Shown one piece after another: positions 1 through 9,400 of a stretch of 64,000 nucleotides of DNA (its first letter is position 1; the number at the start of each line of letters is the position of its first letter). The position numbers and the translations under genes were made by a program. The notes beneath the pieces are model-generated. The model was not told where the DNA came from, ran no database searches, and saw only the letters and a program-made list of their open reading frames with translations. Source of the DNA: Kiritimatiellia bacterium (GTDB lineage Bacteria > Verrucomicrobiota > Kiritimatiellia > RFP12 > UBA1067); contig JBMNFY010000015.1 of assembly GCA_050949565.1 (NCBI GenBank), forward strand, positions 1 through 64,000. Direction: 5' to 3'.

Positions 1-6
1 GAGAAA

Positions 7-168
7 CGGGGTCGTAGTTTGACATTAGACAAACAGCAGAAAGGCGAAGACAAGGAACGGTGAAATGATAGCGGCTCGGCTGAAAACCAACGGGTCTTGT
101 ATCGGTCGGTTGCGCACGTATCGAGGGTGCTGGAAAAATGAAATGTCTCATGTCAAACTACGACCCCG
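7..168. mobile_element. Putative 162-bp MITE with 25-bp terminal inverted repeats
   Basis: 7-31 cggggtcgtagtttgacattagaca and 144-168 tgtctcatgtcaaactacgaccccg are inverted repeats (24/25 match). The right part recurs at ~472-545 and a degenerate right end at 1968-1985. Confidence 0.6.
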
Positions 169-214
169 ATAACCACAAAGGGGCTTGGACTTCGCCACAG
201 CGGAAAAAGCGCTC

Positions 215-360
215 ACCGTTAAACGTTCTTTAACTCAGAACGCTGAACGTCGAACTCTGAACTCTGAAGGTGAAAACTCCTTGCCTATCGCTTACACCGA
301 TCAAAGTTGTCCTCATTTACATTCCTGTGCGAAGCGCGGGCGGTGGGCTAACCGATCACC
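215..360. repeat. Dispersed ~150-175 bp element, copy 1 (others at ~1812-1967 and ~12656-12840)
   Basis: Shared block ttaactcagaacgctgaacgtcgaactc...gaaggtgaaaac...cctcatttacattcc.gtgcgaagcg in all three places. Confidence 0.85.
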
Positions 361-584
361 ATTCAAGGGTTGCGAAGCGTTTTCGCGGTGTGCTAATGTA
401 TCGCCGTGGCAAGGTAACTGTGGCAGCAACGGAAGGATGGCAGCTCGGCCGAAAACCAACAAGCTTTGTATCGCTCGCCGGCGCACGTACTGAAGGTGCT
501 GGAAAAATGAAATGTCCAATGTCAAACTACGACCCTGATAACCACGACCCTGATAACCACGCGACCCCGACAACCACGCGCACC

Positions 585-1811
585 ATGAACCGGCATCTGC
601 TTAGGCTGACGCTCTTGCTGACGGCTCGCCTGCTCTGCGCGATTGAAACGCCCACCGTGGACCTCTATGCAGGGTGGAGTTGGCTGCCGTACGGCTATAG
701 CTGGTACGACCCCTACCGCTACCCCTACTCATCCGCCGGATGGCCGTGGCGGCCGCATGCTGGCATCCTGTTTCCATTGGATGGAGGCGACCGTCTGTTA
801 CGCAATGGTCCCTATGGCTATTACGGCTACGGTTACGCCCCCTACGGCTGGGGATTTGACTACGGCGTGCGCATGCGGCTGGATGATCGTCCCCTTTTCG
901 CAATGCCGGACGATCCGCACACGCCGCCGTTGCCGGGGTCCGCGCCGCTCACGCTGCGCGATCTGTCACAGGAAGAGAGCTGGACACGCGCCTTCAACGA
1001 GTTGCTGAAGGGCAATGATCTCGAAGCGTGGGGTGTCCACACCAGCACCAACGCCCCGGCAAAGGACCGCAAAGTCAAAGGTTATACTTCACGGAGCCCC
1101 GATAGAACCGATTGCGCAATATGCCCGGATTCACCAAGTACAGTTTCCCAGTGCCTTGCTTATGGAAAATGGGATAACATTAATGCGTCTGCTAATATGT
1201 GTGAGAACGCGAATGTGGCACCCGCACCAAGACCCACGAATGATTCTCATGATCGTACACTCTTCGCCACGTGGGCGTACAGACGCATCGAATTAGTTGG
1301 CGATATTGTTCGATCAGCGGATAGCAATGCAGTTATGCGGTTACGCGAGATTCTGCTTGGTGACAAATATTTTGGAGAGTTTCTCAACTCAGAAAAGGAG
1401 CAATCGCGGGCCGAGTCATCCTATCTAGGTTGGCAGCAATATGCGGCAATTCAAGCCAGCAGGCATCCTGACATATTCGGAGACGTACTTGTCAGTTATT
1501 ACTATGCGGACCTCTCTACAACATTGAGCGAACAATCAGATGCGGAGCAATTGCGCACTGCATCTCTGAAGTTGATACAGGAAGGCCCTCTCTATGAGTC
1601 GCAACTAAACAAAGTGGGCCTTGATGGTGGCAGCACACATAGCATGTATACAATTCGTCAGATACAGATCAGCAATGATCTCGCTACTGTTGATGCTGCA
1701 TTTCTATCTCCACTAGCCAGTCGCGGCTACCGTATTCAATTCAGAAAGGTACGAATACGCAATGATGGCGTTTGGCTACCGTATGAAAAAAATCTAACGT
1801 GGTTAAACTAG
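585..1811 (+). CDS. Hypothetical secreted protein, Tyr/Gly/Trp/Pro-rich N-terminal half fused to a lower-GC C-terminal half
   Basis: The ORF opens at 270, but the first ATG followed by a signal peptide (MNRHLLRLTLLLTARLLCA) is at 585 and the upstream part is repeat DNA. Composition shifts near 1075. Confidence 0.55.
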   Translation: MNRHLLRLTLLLTARLLCAIETPTVDLYAGWSWLPYGYSWYDPYRYPYSSAGWPWRPHAGILFPLDGGDRLLRNGPYGYYGYGYAPYGWGFDYGVRMRLDDRPLFAMPDDPHTPPLPGSAPLTLRDLSQEESWTRAFNELLKGNDLEAWGVHTSTNAPAKDRKVKGYTSRSPDRTDCAICPDSPSTVSQCLAYGKWDNINASANMCENANVAPAPRPTNDSHDRTLFATWAYRRIELVGDIVRSADSNAVMRLREILLGDKYFGEFLNSEKEQSRAESSYLGWQQYAAIQASRHPDIFGDVLVSYYYADLSTTLSEQSDAEQLRTASLKLIQEGPLYESQLNKVGLDGGSTHSMYTIRQIQISNDLATVDAAFLSPLASRGYRIQFRKVRIRNDGVWLPYEKNLTWLN

Positions 1812-1967
1812 ACTTGCCTATAACTTGAGCGTTAAAAGTTGAACGTTGAGCGTTGAACGTTTTTTAACTCAGAACGCTGAACGTCGAACTCTGAACTCTG
1901 AAGGTGAAAACCCCTTGCCTATCACGTCCTCATTTACATTCCCGTGCGAAGCGCGGGCGGCGGGCTC
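1812..1967. repeat. Dispersed element, copy 2
   Basis: cttgcctataacttgagcgttaaaagttgaacgttgagcgttgaacg... is identical to 12656 onward. Confidence 0.85.
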
Positions 1968-2128
1968 ATGTCGAACTACGCCCCCTAAAAACCAAGCCCC
2001 GCGTCTCCGCGTCTCTGCGTTAAAAAACCGAGCGAAACAATGAAGCGGATTTGCCTTGCCGAGAAAGCGGTTTTGGGCGAATATGTCATTTTTCTTAAGT
2101 ACGCATTTTCGCGTCTCGCAAGTGAAGG

Positions 2129-3904
2129 ATGGTTATGTCGAAAACGAGCAGTCTGGATGTTATCGCGTCGCTGTGCAAACGCCGCGGGTTTATTTTTCAC
2201 AGTTCGGAAATCTATGGCGGGATCAATGGCTTCTGGGATTATGGTCCGCTCGGCTGTGAATTGAAGCGCAACGTTAAGGAGGATTGGTGGAAGACGACGG
2301 TGCGCAACCGCGAGGATGTGGTCGGCCTTGACGCCACGATCATCATGCACCCGGCGATCTGGAAGGCGTCGGGCCATCTCGACACCTTTTCCGACCCGAT
2401 GAGTACCTGCCGCGCCTGCAAAAGATTGATGCGCGCCGACCAAGTGTGGGACATGCTCGCGGAGAACCCGACCGGCCAGAGCCTGCAAGCGCTGCTGGAC
2501 GAAGGCGCGGAGGCGGGGAAGATCGTGGCTTGGTGCAAAGGCAAGGCCAAGGGGCTCGCGCCGAACCTGGCGTCCGTGCTTGATGCGGACACGCTGAATG
2601 CCGCCTTTGAGAAACTCACGGCCGATCCGGCGTCGTACACCACCGTGCAGGCGGTCTACACGTTGCTGGCCAATGCCAAATCCCCGCAACCCGCTGTCGT
2701 CCCCTGCCCCCACTGCGGCGGCGAACTGACCGAGCCGCGTCCATTCAACCTGATGTTCAAGACGGTGGTCGGGCCGATTGATGACCCGTCGAACGTTGCC
2801 TACCTGCGGCCGGAAACCGCGCAGGCGATCTTCGCGCAGTTCCAGAACGTGCTGGCCACCAGCCGCATGACGGTGCCGTTCGGCATCGCGCAGATGGGCA
2901 AGTCGTTCCGTAACGAGGTCACGCCGCGCAACTACACCTTCCGCTCGCGCGAATTTGAGCAGATGGAGTTGGAGTTTTTCATCCGCCCCGATGAGGCGGT
3001 CGAACTGATCTGCGGGCACGTCACCACCATGGCCGACAAGCCTGACCTTTCGGTGCCGCAGGATTCGTGGGGCTGGGAAGTGTGGCACGCCTATTGGGTC
3101 GAGCAGCGCAAGGCCTGGATCGTGGCGTGCGGCCTGCCCGAGGATTCGTTCGTTGAGTATTGGCAAAAGCCCGAGGAACTGGCCCACTACGCGCGCGCCT
3201 GCGTCGACATCGAGTACAACTTCCCCTTCGGCATCCAGGAGTTGGAAGGCATCGCGGCGCGTTCGGACTACGATCTCTCGCAACACCAGAAGCACAGCGG
3301 CAAGAGCATGGAGGTCTTCGACGAGCCGCTCAAGCTCGCCGCCGACAAACTGGACGACGCCGCCAAAACCGCATTCGCCGACAAGGTCATCGCCGAGTGG
3401 TGTGCACGCGGCAAGAGCGAGGACGAGGCGCGTGCCTTCGTCTTCAAACTCTTCACGGGCAAGTACGTGCCGCACGTCGTCGAACCCTCGGCCGGCGTGG
3501 ATCGCATGATGCTCGCGTTGATCTGCAACGCCTACGAGGAGCAGAAGCTGACCGACGACAAGGGCAAAGAGGACACCCGCATCGTGATGCACTTCAGCCC
3601 ACGCATCGCGCCGGTCAAAGTAGCTGTCTTCCCGCTGCTCAAAAACAAGCCGGAGATCTACAACAAGGCGCGCGAGATCTTTGAGCATCTGCGCCGCCGC
3701 TACGCCGCATTCTGGGATGAAGGCGGGGCGATCGGCCGCCGTTACCGCCGCCAGGATGAAATCGGTACGCCGTGGTGCGTGACCATCGACTTCCAGACGC
3801 TTGAGGATGACACGATGACGGTCCGTGACCGTGATTCCATGCAGCAGGAGCGCCTCACGCTGGCCCAGCTCAAAGAGAAGCTCGACGAGGCGCTGCTCGT
3901 GTAA
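2129..3904 (+). CDS. glyQS: Glycine--tRNA ligase, homodimeric (alpha2) type
   Basis: KRRGFIF..SEIYGG..G.WDYGPLG, YLRPETAQ, GKSFRNE..PRNY.FRSREFEQME, EPSAGVDR, and anticodon domain GRRYRRQDEIGTP. Confidence 0.97.
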   Translation: MVMSKTSSLDVIASLCKRRGFIFHSSEIYGGINGFWDYGPLGCELKRNVKEDWWKTTVRNREDVVGLDATIIMHPAIWKASGHLDTFSDPMSTCRACKRLMRADQVWDMLAENPTGQSLQALLDEGAEAGKIVAWCKGKAKGLAPNLASVLDADTLNAAFEKLTADPASYTTVQAVYTLLANAKSPQPAVVPCPHCGGELTEPRPFNLMFKTVVGPIDDPSNVAYLRPETAQAIFAQFQNVLATSRMTVPFGIAQMGKSFRNEVTPRNYTFRSREFEQMELEFFIRPDEAVELICGHVTTMADKPDLSVPQDSWGWEVWHAYWVEQRKAWIVACGLPEDSFVEYWQKPEELAHYARACVDIEYNFPFGIQELEGIAARSDYDLSQHQKHSGKSMEVFDEPLKLAADKLDDAAKTAFADKVIAEWCARGKSEDEARAFVFKLFTGKYVPHVVEPSAGVDRMMLALICNAYEEQKLTDDKGKEDTRIVMHFSPRIAPVKVAVFPLLKNKPEIYNKAREIFEHLRRRYAAFWDEGGAIGRRYRRQDEIGTPWCVTIDFQTLEDDTMTVRDRDSMQQERLTLAQLKEKLDEALLV

Positions 3905-3914
3905 CGGAGAGCGC

Positions 3915-4583
3915 ATGACCGACGATCTGCACTTCGCAAAACCCGACTACGCCCGCCAGCAGCGGTGCGGCGTGCCGGAGGTGATCTACGGCGCGGGCAA
4001 AACCGCGTCGCAGATCGTCGCGATCATACGCGCGCTGAACGATGCCGGTCAAAACGCCTTCGCTACGCGCGTAACACCAGAGCAAGCCGCCGCTGTGCGC
4101 GAAGAGTTGCCGGATGCGGTCTACCGCGCCGAAGCGCGCATCCTGGTCCGCGATGTTGTCCCACTACCGCCGCCCGCCGGCAAGGTCGCCGTGCTCTGCG
4201 CAGGCACCTCAGACCTGCCGGTCGCGGAAGAGGCCGCCGTCACGGCGGAGCGCATGGGCGCGGCGGTTGAGCGCATCTACGATGTAGGCGTGGCGGGGCT
4301 TCACCGCCTGCTTTCGCGGGTTGAGCGCTTCGCCGACGCGCACGCCATCATTGTGGTCGCGGGCATGGAGGGCGCGCTGCCCTCGGTCGTCGGCGGGCTC
4401 ATCGACAAGCCGGTGATCGCCGTGCCGACTAGTGTGGGCTACGGCGCCAGCTTCAACGGACTGGCGGCCCTGCTCGGCATGCTGAACACCTGTGCGGCTG
4501 GCGTCACCGTGGTCAACATCGACAACGGCTTCGGCGCGGGCGTCGCCGCCGCGCGCATCAACCACGGCGCTACAGCGAATTGA
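3915..4583 (+). CDS. larB: Nickel-pincer cofactor biosynthesis protein LarB (PurE-like)
   Basis: G.PEVIYG.GKT, AGTSDLPVAEEA, DVGVAGLHRL, AGMEGALPSVVGGL, VPTSVGYG, VVNIDNGFGA. ATG at 3915. Confidence 0.92.
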   Translation: MTDDLHFAKPDYARQQRCGVPEVIYGAGKTASQIVAIIRALNDAGQNAFATRVTPEQAAAVREELPDAVYRAEARILVRDVVPLPPPAGKVAVLCAGTSDLPVAEEAAVTAERMGAAVERIYDVGVAGLHRLLSRVERFADAHAIIVVAGMEGALPSVVGGLIDKPVIAVPTSVGYGASFNGLAALLGMLNTCAAGVTVVNIDNGFGAGVAAARINHGATAN

Positions 4584-6408
4584 CGTACTCGGCGAGGTCG
4601 TCGACCTCTTGCGGCGTCAAATCCTTGGTGTTGCCGTGCTTGTTATTCTTGTTATCGGTCGTGATGACGTCCCGGATGGTCACCGCACGGCCGTCGTACA
4701 TGTAGGGCGCGGTACGCCATATCTCGATCAGGATCGGCGTGGCGAATTCACGGTCACGCTCGCCGTCCGTACCCAACCCGAACGCGTACTTTTTCTTATC
4801 GCCGTAATAAGGCGGCGTGTGGCACTTCACGCAACCGGCCTTGCCCTCGAAAACCACCTTGCCCCGCTTCGCCGCATCGGTCAACGAACCGTCCGGCTTG
4901 AGGTACGGGCTCGGCACCGGTTCGCAGGTCCGCAGATAGGCGTCAACGCCGTCCAGTTGCGGCTGGGGCAGCTCATGGAACTGGATAAGCTCGAATCCTT
5001 TCGCCACCGCGATTTCTGCCGATGCGCGCACGCCCGTGATCATGACCGGCGAGGTGCGGTGTGTGTAGAGCAGACTGCGCGACTGCTTGGGGTTACCGAT
5101 GCCGTCATTCATTAAATCCCAGTTGGTGCCGTCCGTACGCGCTTCCGGGTGGCAGCTTGCGCAACTCAGCCAGTGCTGGTAGCAGAGCGTTGCATCATTG
5201 AACGCCATCTCACCCTGTCGCACCGGCGTAAGTTGCGGCGGGGCATCCGTCAGCGGCAACTCGACGGCCGCCCCCGGCCCGTCCTCCCAAAGCTCCACCA
5301 TATTCAGGCTGTCGCCGAAATACATCGCGCTGTACACGCGCTCCCCGCACACCGTCAGCGCGCGCGGCCCCTGTCCCTCTAATTGCACACGGGTCTTGAT
5401 GTCGTACAGGAAACTCAAATCGTTGACCACCTCTTCCGGCTTTTCTGTTGCGGTCAAACGCTTCATCATTTCCGCGATATCCACCACCATCAGTTCGTGC
5501 GTACCGGAGGCATTGACGCACAACCAGCGCCCGTCGGGCGACACCACGACGCCCCACGGATTCGCCGCGCCCCTGACGGTGTCGTCCAAGAGCACCGCAT
5601 TCACATAGGTACGCGACGTCACGTCAAAGATCGACACCGCGCTGGTATTGATCCAGCCGCGATCGAGGTGCGTGGTCGGAACGGTGAAACGGCCGACCGA
5701 GTGAGTGATGAAGCAGTAGCGCCCATCCGGGCTCATCGCCATATCGCGCACCCCGAAAGCGCCGGGCGGCAGATTGAGTGTTGCCACCGGCGCAAGTGTC
5801 GCGCTGTCATACACGTTGAGCACGGCATAGACATGCTCACTGTTTGCAGGCATGAGGGGCAGATAGTTGCCGACCCACAGCGTCTTGCCGTCCTTGGCAA
5901 GGCAGATCGCGGCCGGCTCGCGTACTGCTTTAGCCGAGCACTTGACCTTGCCGCTGGCGAGATCCAGCGCGTGAACATCCTTCCCGTCCCCGCGCGAAAA
6001 ACGGTTACAGTAGTAGAGCGTCTTGCTGTCGTGACTGACCACCATCGATTCCGGCGTATGTCCGGCCGGCAGTGAGCGCACGCTCTTCCCGGTCGGCACA
6101 TCGATCTCGTGAATCATGCCGTTCATCACATCCGCCGAGACAAACAGCCGCTTGCCATCCGGCGAAAGCGCGACGCGACGCGCCTGCTTGACCGGGTAGC
6201 GCGCCACCACCTTTTCGGTTTCGACATCGAACGCCAAGACAACATCACCCGTCTCGCACGCTACATACAGCCGTTTGCCTGCACCGTCCGCCACCACTGA
6301 TGTCGGCGACAGGTATGGTGCGGGTGCTCCGGAGACCCCGAGCGCTCCAACACACACCAGCCACGCAAACGCGGCAACCCCTATTCGACGATATAAAAGA
6401 CCCAACAT
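4570..6408 (-). CDS. Secreted YVTN-type beta-propeller plus di-heme cytochrome c (peroxidase-like) protein
   Basis: Signal peptide, repeated S.DG..L(Y/F)V propeller blades, heme motifs CASCH and CVKCH, and TAPYMYDGRA.T typical of CCP/MauG-like C-termini. Confidence 0.8.
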   Translation of the reverse strand: MLGLLYRRIGVAAFAWLVCVGALGVSGAPAPYLSPTSVVADGAGKRLYVACETGDVVLAFDVETEKVVARYPVKQARRVALSPDGKRLFVSADVMNGMIHEIDVPTGKSVRSLPAGHTPESMVVSHDSKTLYYCNRFSRGDGKDVHALDLASGKVKCSAKAVREPAAICLAKDGKTLWVGNYLPLMPANSEHVYAVLNVYDSATLAPVATLNLPPGAFGVRDMAMSPDGRYCFITHSVGRFTVPTTHLDRGWINTSAVSIFDVTSRTYVNAVLLDDTVRGAANPWGVVVSPDGRWLCVNASGTHELMVVDIAEMMKRLTATEKPEEVVNDLSFLYDIKTRVQLEGQGPRALTVCGERVYSAMYFGDSLNMVELWEDGPGAAVELPLTDAPPQLTPVRQGEMAFNDATLCYQHWLSCASCHPEARTDGTNWDLMNDGIGNPKQSRSLLYTHRTSPVMITGVRASAEIAVAKGFELIQFHELPQPQLDGVDAYLRTCEPVPSPYLKPDGSLTDAAKRGKVVFEGKAGCVKCHTPPYYGDKKKYAFGLGTDGERDREFATPILIEIWRTAPYMYDGRAVTIRDVITTDNKNNKHGNTKDLTPQEVDDLAEYVNSL

Positions 6409-6421
6409 GTTTTCACCATCT

Positions 6422-9400
6422 TCACTCTTCAACGACTATCCGGAACCCGACATTGAACACGCCCTGCCACGCCTCGTAACCGAGACGGTAACTTGATGTG
6501 GCGCGGTACGGCCGGTCATAGAACGACCCGCCGCGCACCGTCTTCTTCACGTCATGACGCCGCGAATCGCTCTTGGGCGAATACGGATAACGCGCGTAGT
6601 CGCTGCGCGTCCACTCCGCCACGTTTCCATGCATGTCAAACAGCCCCCACGCATTGGGCTGGTACTGTTTGGTGCCGGACACCAAGAACTGCTTGTCATC
6701 AAAGTCCGAGACGCGCGGCACAAAGTCATAGGCCCTGTTACCCACAAGTCCCTTGTTAAAGACCGGATTGACCCCGTTCACCGCATACTTCTGGATCGAC
6801 TTATCCGCGAGGTTCGCGAACGGGCTGAAATCATCGGTGACCGCACCGAACGACATGGGCGACGCGCTGCCCGCGCGGCACGCCCATTCCCACTGCGCCT
6901 CGGTCGGCAACGCGACTTTCGCGCCGCTCCGTTTCGCTGCCCAGGCGCAGAAGGCGTCGGCATCGATCCAGCTCATACGCACGGCGGGCTGCTCGACATA
7001 GTTGGCATAGTAACCGAGCCGCACATGGTCTTTGTATTGCTGATCGAAGACACTGGCGTTATGATCGGGTTTGAATGCAAAGAAGGCCGCATTGTTGATT
7101 TCGCTTTCTGACATCCAGAAGGGCTTCTCGATCTTGATATGATGGCGCGGCTGCTCGAACGCGGTCTCCGTATCGCTGCCCATCACGAACTCGCCCGCCG
7201 GGATACGCACCAGCGTGATGCGGATGCCGTCTCCCAGATCAAGCGTGCGCGTGATCTCGCCCCCCGCCTCACGCTGCATACGCTTGGCGGTATCGGCATC
7301 GAACGGCCATCCCTTCGCCGAGACGTTGACCGGCGCGGAGCGCTCTTCGCTCTTCTCGCCGGTGGGCTTGACCGGGTAAGGCTGCGCCGGCACCGCCTCC
7401 CAATCGTCGTCAATGTTGGCGTATTTCGCGCGCAACTCGGCTGCACGTGCGGAGATGTTGGTGGTCCACGCATGCCGATTGACATCCAACGAGTAGACCG
7501 ACGTCCAGTTGCCGTGGTAGGGCACGTTCAGATCGATCCACGTATAGAGGCGCTGCCACGATTCATCGTCCAACTTCACCCCGTAATGCCCCTTCTCCAA
7601 AAGCTGTATGCCCTCTGAGGTCGAGGCGTGGAATTCATAGGGGATGCCCATCGTTCCCGCGCTCTCTGGACCGGGACGACGGAAGTAGCGGTGGAAAGCG
7701 TGATACGAGTGGCTGAACCGCTCCTCGATGCGCTTGGTGTCGACCAACTCCTTGTTTTTGAAGTCGGGCTTCTTCGGGTCGCTGCCGTCATGGCAGCGGA
7801 TGCAGTAGGCATCAAGAACCGGCTGGACCTCCATCGCGAAGGCAAAGCCCTCCACCGTCGCACGGTGCGGCGTGATGGCCTGCGGCGGCTTGCCGGAAGC
7901 GATGGTCTTGGTGGTGATCGGCGGCTCGTTCGGCGGCTCGTGGCAGCCGATGCACGAAAGCTTCTCGCCCGGCATCACGACCAGCCAACTCCGGAAGAGT
8001 TGGACGGCACGGCCTTGGCTGTCGAGCGGCTGCAGCGAGATCGTGGTGTTGGCCGGTACGCGGAACATGGCCGAGCCGTCTTCCTCAACCTTCACAGTAC
8101 CCAGCAGGCGCTTGATGTCCCAGCCGCTTTCAACACCGATGTGATGGTGGTTGCCGATGTTGTAGTAGCCGTATGCGTAAGTGAAGAGCCGCAGGGATTT
8201 GATCGTGCCCTCCGGCACACCCTTGAGACCGGGACCGCGATAGACGTTCTGAATGTAGCAGACCCCCTCCTTGTCCTTCAGGTTCACTTTACTCGGAATG
8301 ACGGGCGGACGTACGCGCTTCTTGAACGGATAAGGCTCGACCATGTAACGGTATCCGCCGGCCTCAGGATTAGCGAGGGGCACCATGTTGTCAAACGTGT
8401 CGACCAGATAGAGCCCCCACGAGCCCTGCCCGGTGAGCTTGGCGACCGTCAGGTAATACTCCGCGCTGAGCGGATAGGGCTGGACGAACTGCGGGAAGAC
8501 GCCGTCAACCAGTGTGTCCAGATCCAGCGCCATCTCAGGATAGATGTGTTTCAGCCGGGGATAGCACTTGTTGAAGAAATCGTTGTTCAACTCATGATAG
8601 TCTTTGTCCTTCTGCGACTCCGGCGGCATCTGCTCGGCAATCAGCTTATCGACATCCTGCTGCAGGTTTGGGAACTGCCCCAGCAGTTCTTTCTTGACGG
8701 TCGGATAGAGCTGGTCCACGGTCACATGCGTCACCTTCTTGCCGTAACCGGGAATGTGCTGGACCACGCCGTCAGCATGCACATGCCCCTTGTTGGTGTC
8801 AAAGATCGTCAGCTTGCCCGATCCCGCGACGCCGTGATGCCCCGAGACCACAGCGATGAACTGGCCGGGCTTGCCGGGGATCGGCCGCGCGTTGAACATG
8901 GAGTTCGGCCACAGGCACTGCGATCCGTAGATGGAGCGCTGGTTGGTGCCGTCCGGATTCATCGTCATCATGATGCGCGCATAGTAGTGCATGATGTCGG
9001 TGTATTCCCACCGCAGATACATGATTTGGCCATCCTCGCGAACCGTCGGATACCAGTCCGCGTCCTGCTCGAATGTCAACTGCCGCGTGTTGCCACCGTC
9101 GGCATCCATCACATAGAGGTTGGGCACCGTGCGCGACCCGCCGATGCACGGCACGCCGATCAACGGCGCAGTGGAACTGAAAACAATCCGCTCGTCCGGC
9201 AGATAAATGCCACCGTAGTTATGCACGTACTGCCCGATGATCGTCGAGACCTGCCGGAGATTCTTGCCGTCGATCCCCACCTCCATCACCTGGAACATAT
9301 TGTTGGTGTCGGTCGCTGTGAAAAGCAACTTGTCACCGTCGTAGTGCAGATCCAACTCACCCAGATACGAGCCGTCCTTCGGCTCATAGATGTCGGCGAC

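Noticed and set aside
340-560. Integron attC sites (ctaac motif near 347)
   Set aside because: No matching GTTRRRY box at a suitable distance and no integrase.
270-584. N-terminal 105 aa of ORF 270..1811
   Set aside because: Lies in repeat/MITE DNA. The signal peptide begins at ATG 585.
1985-3916. Long antisense ORFs (e.g. 1985..3916, 7628..9751, 11604..12593, 55694..56740)
   Set aside because: Shadow frames of well-supported genes, expected in high-GC DNA.
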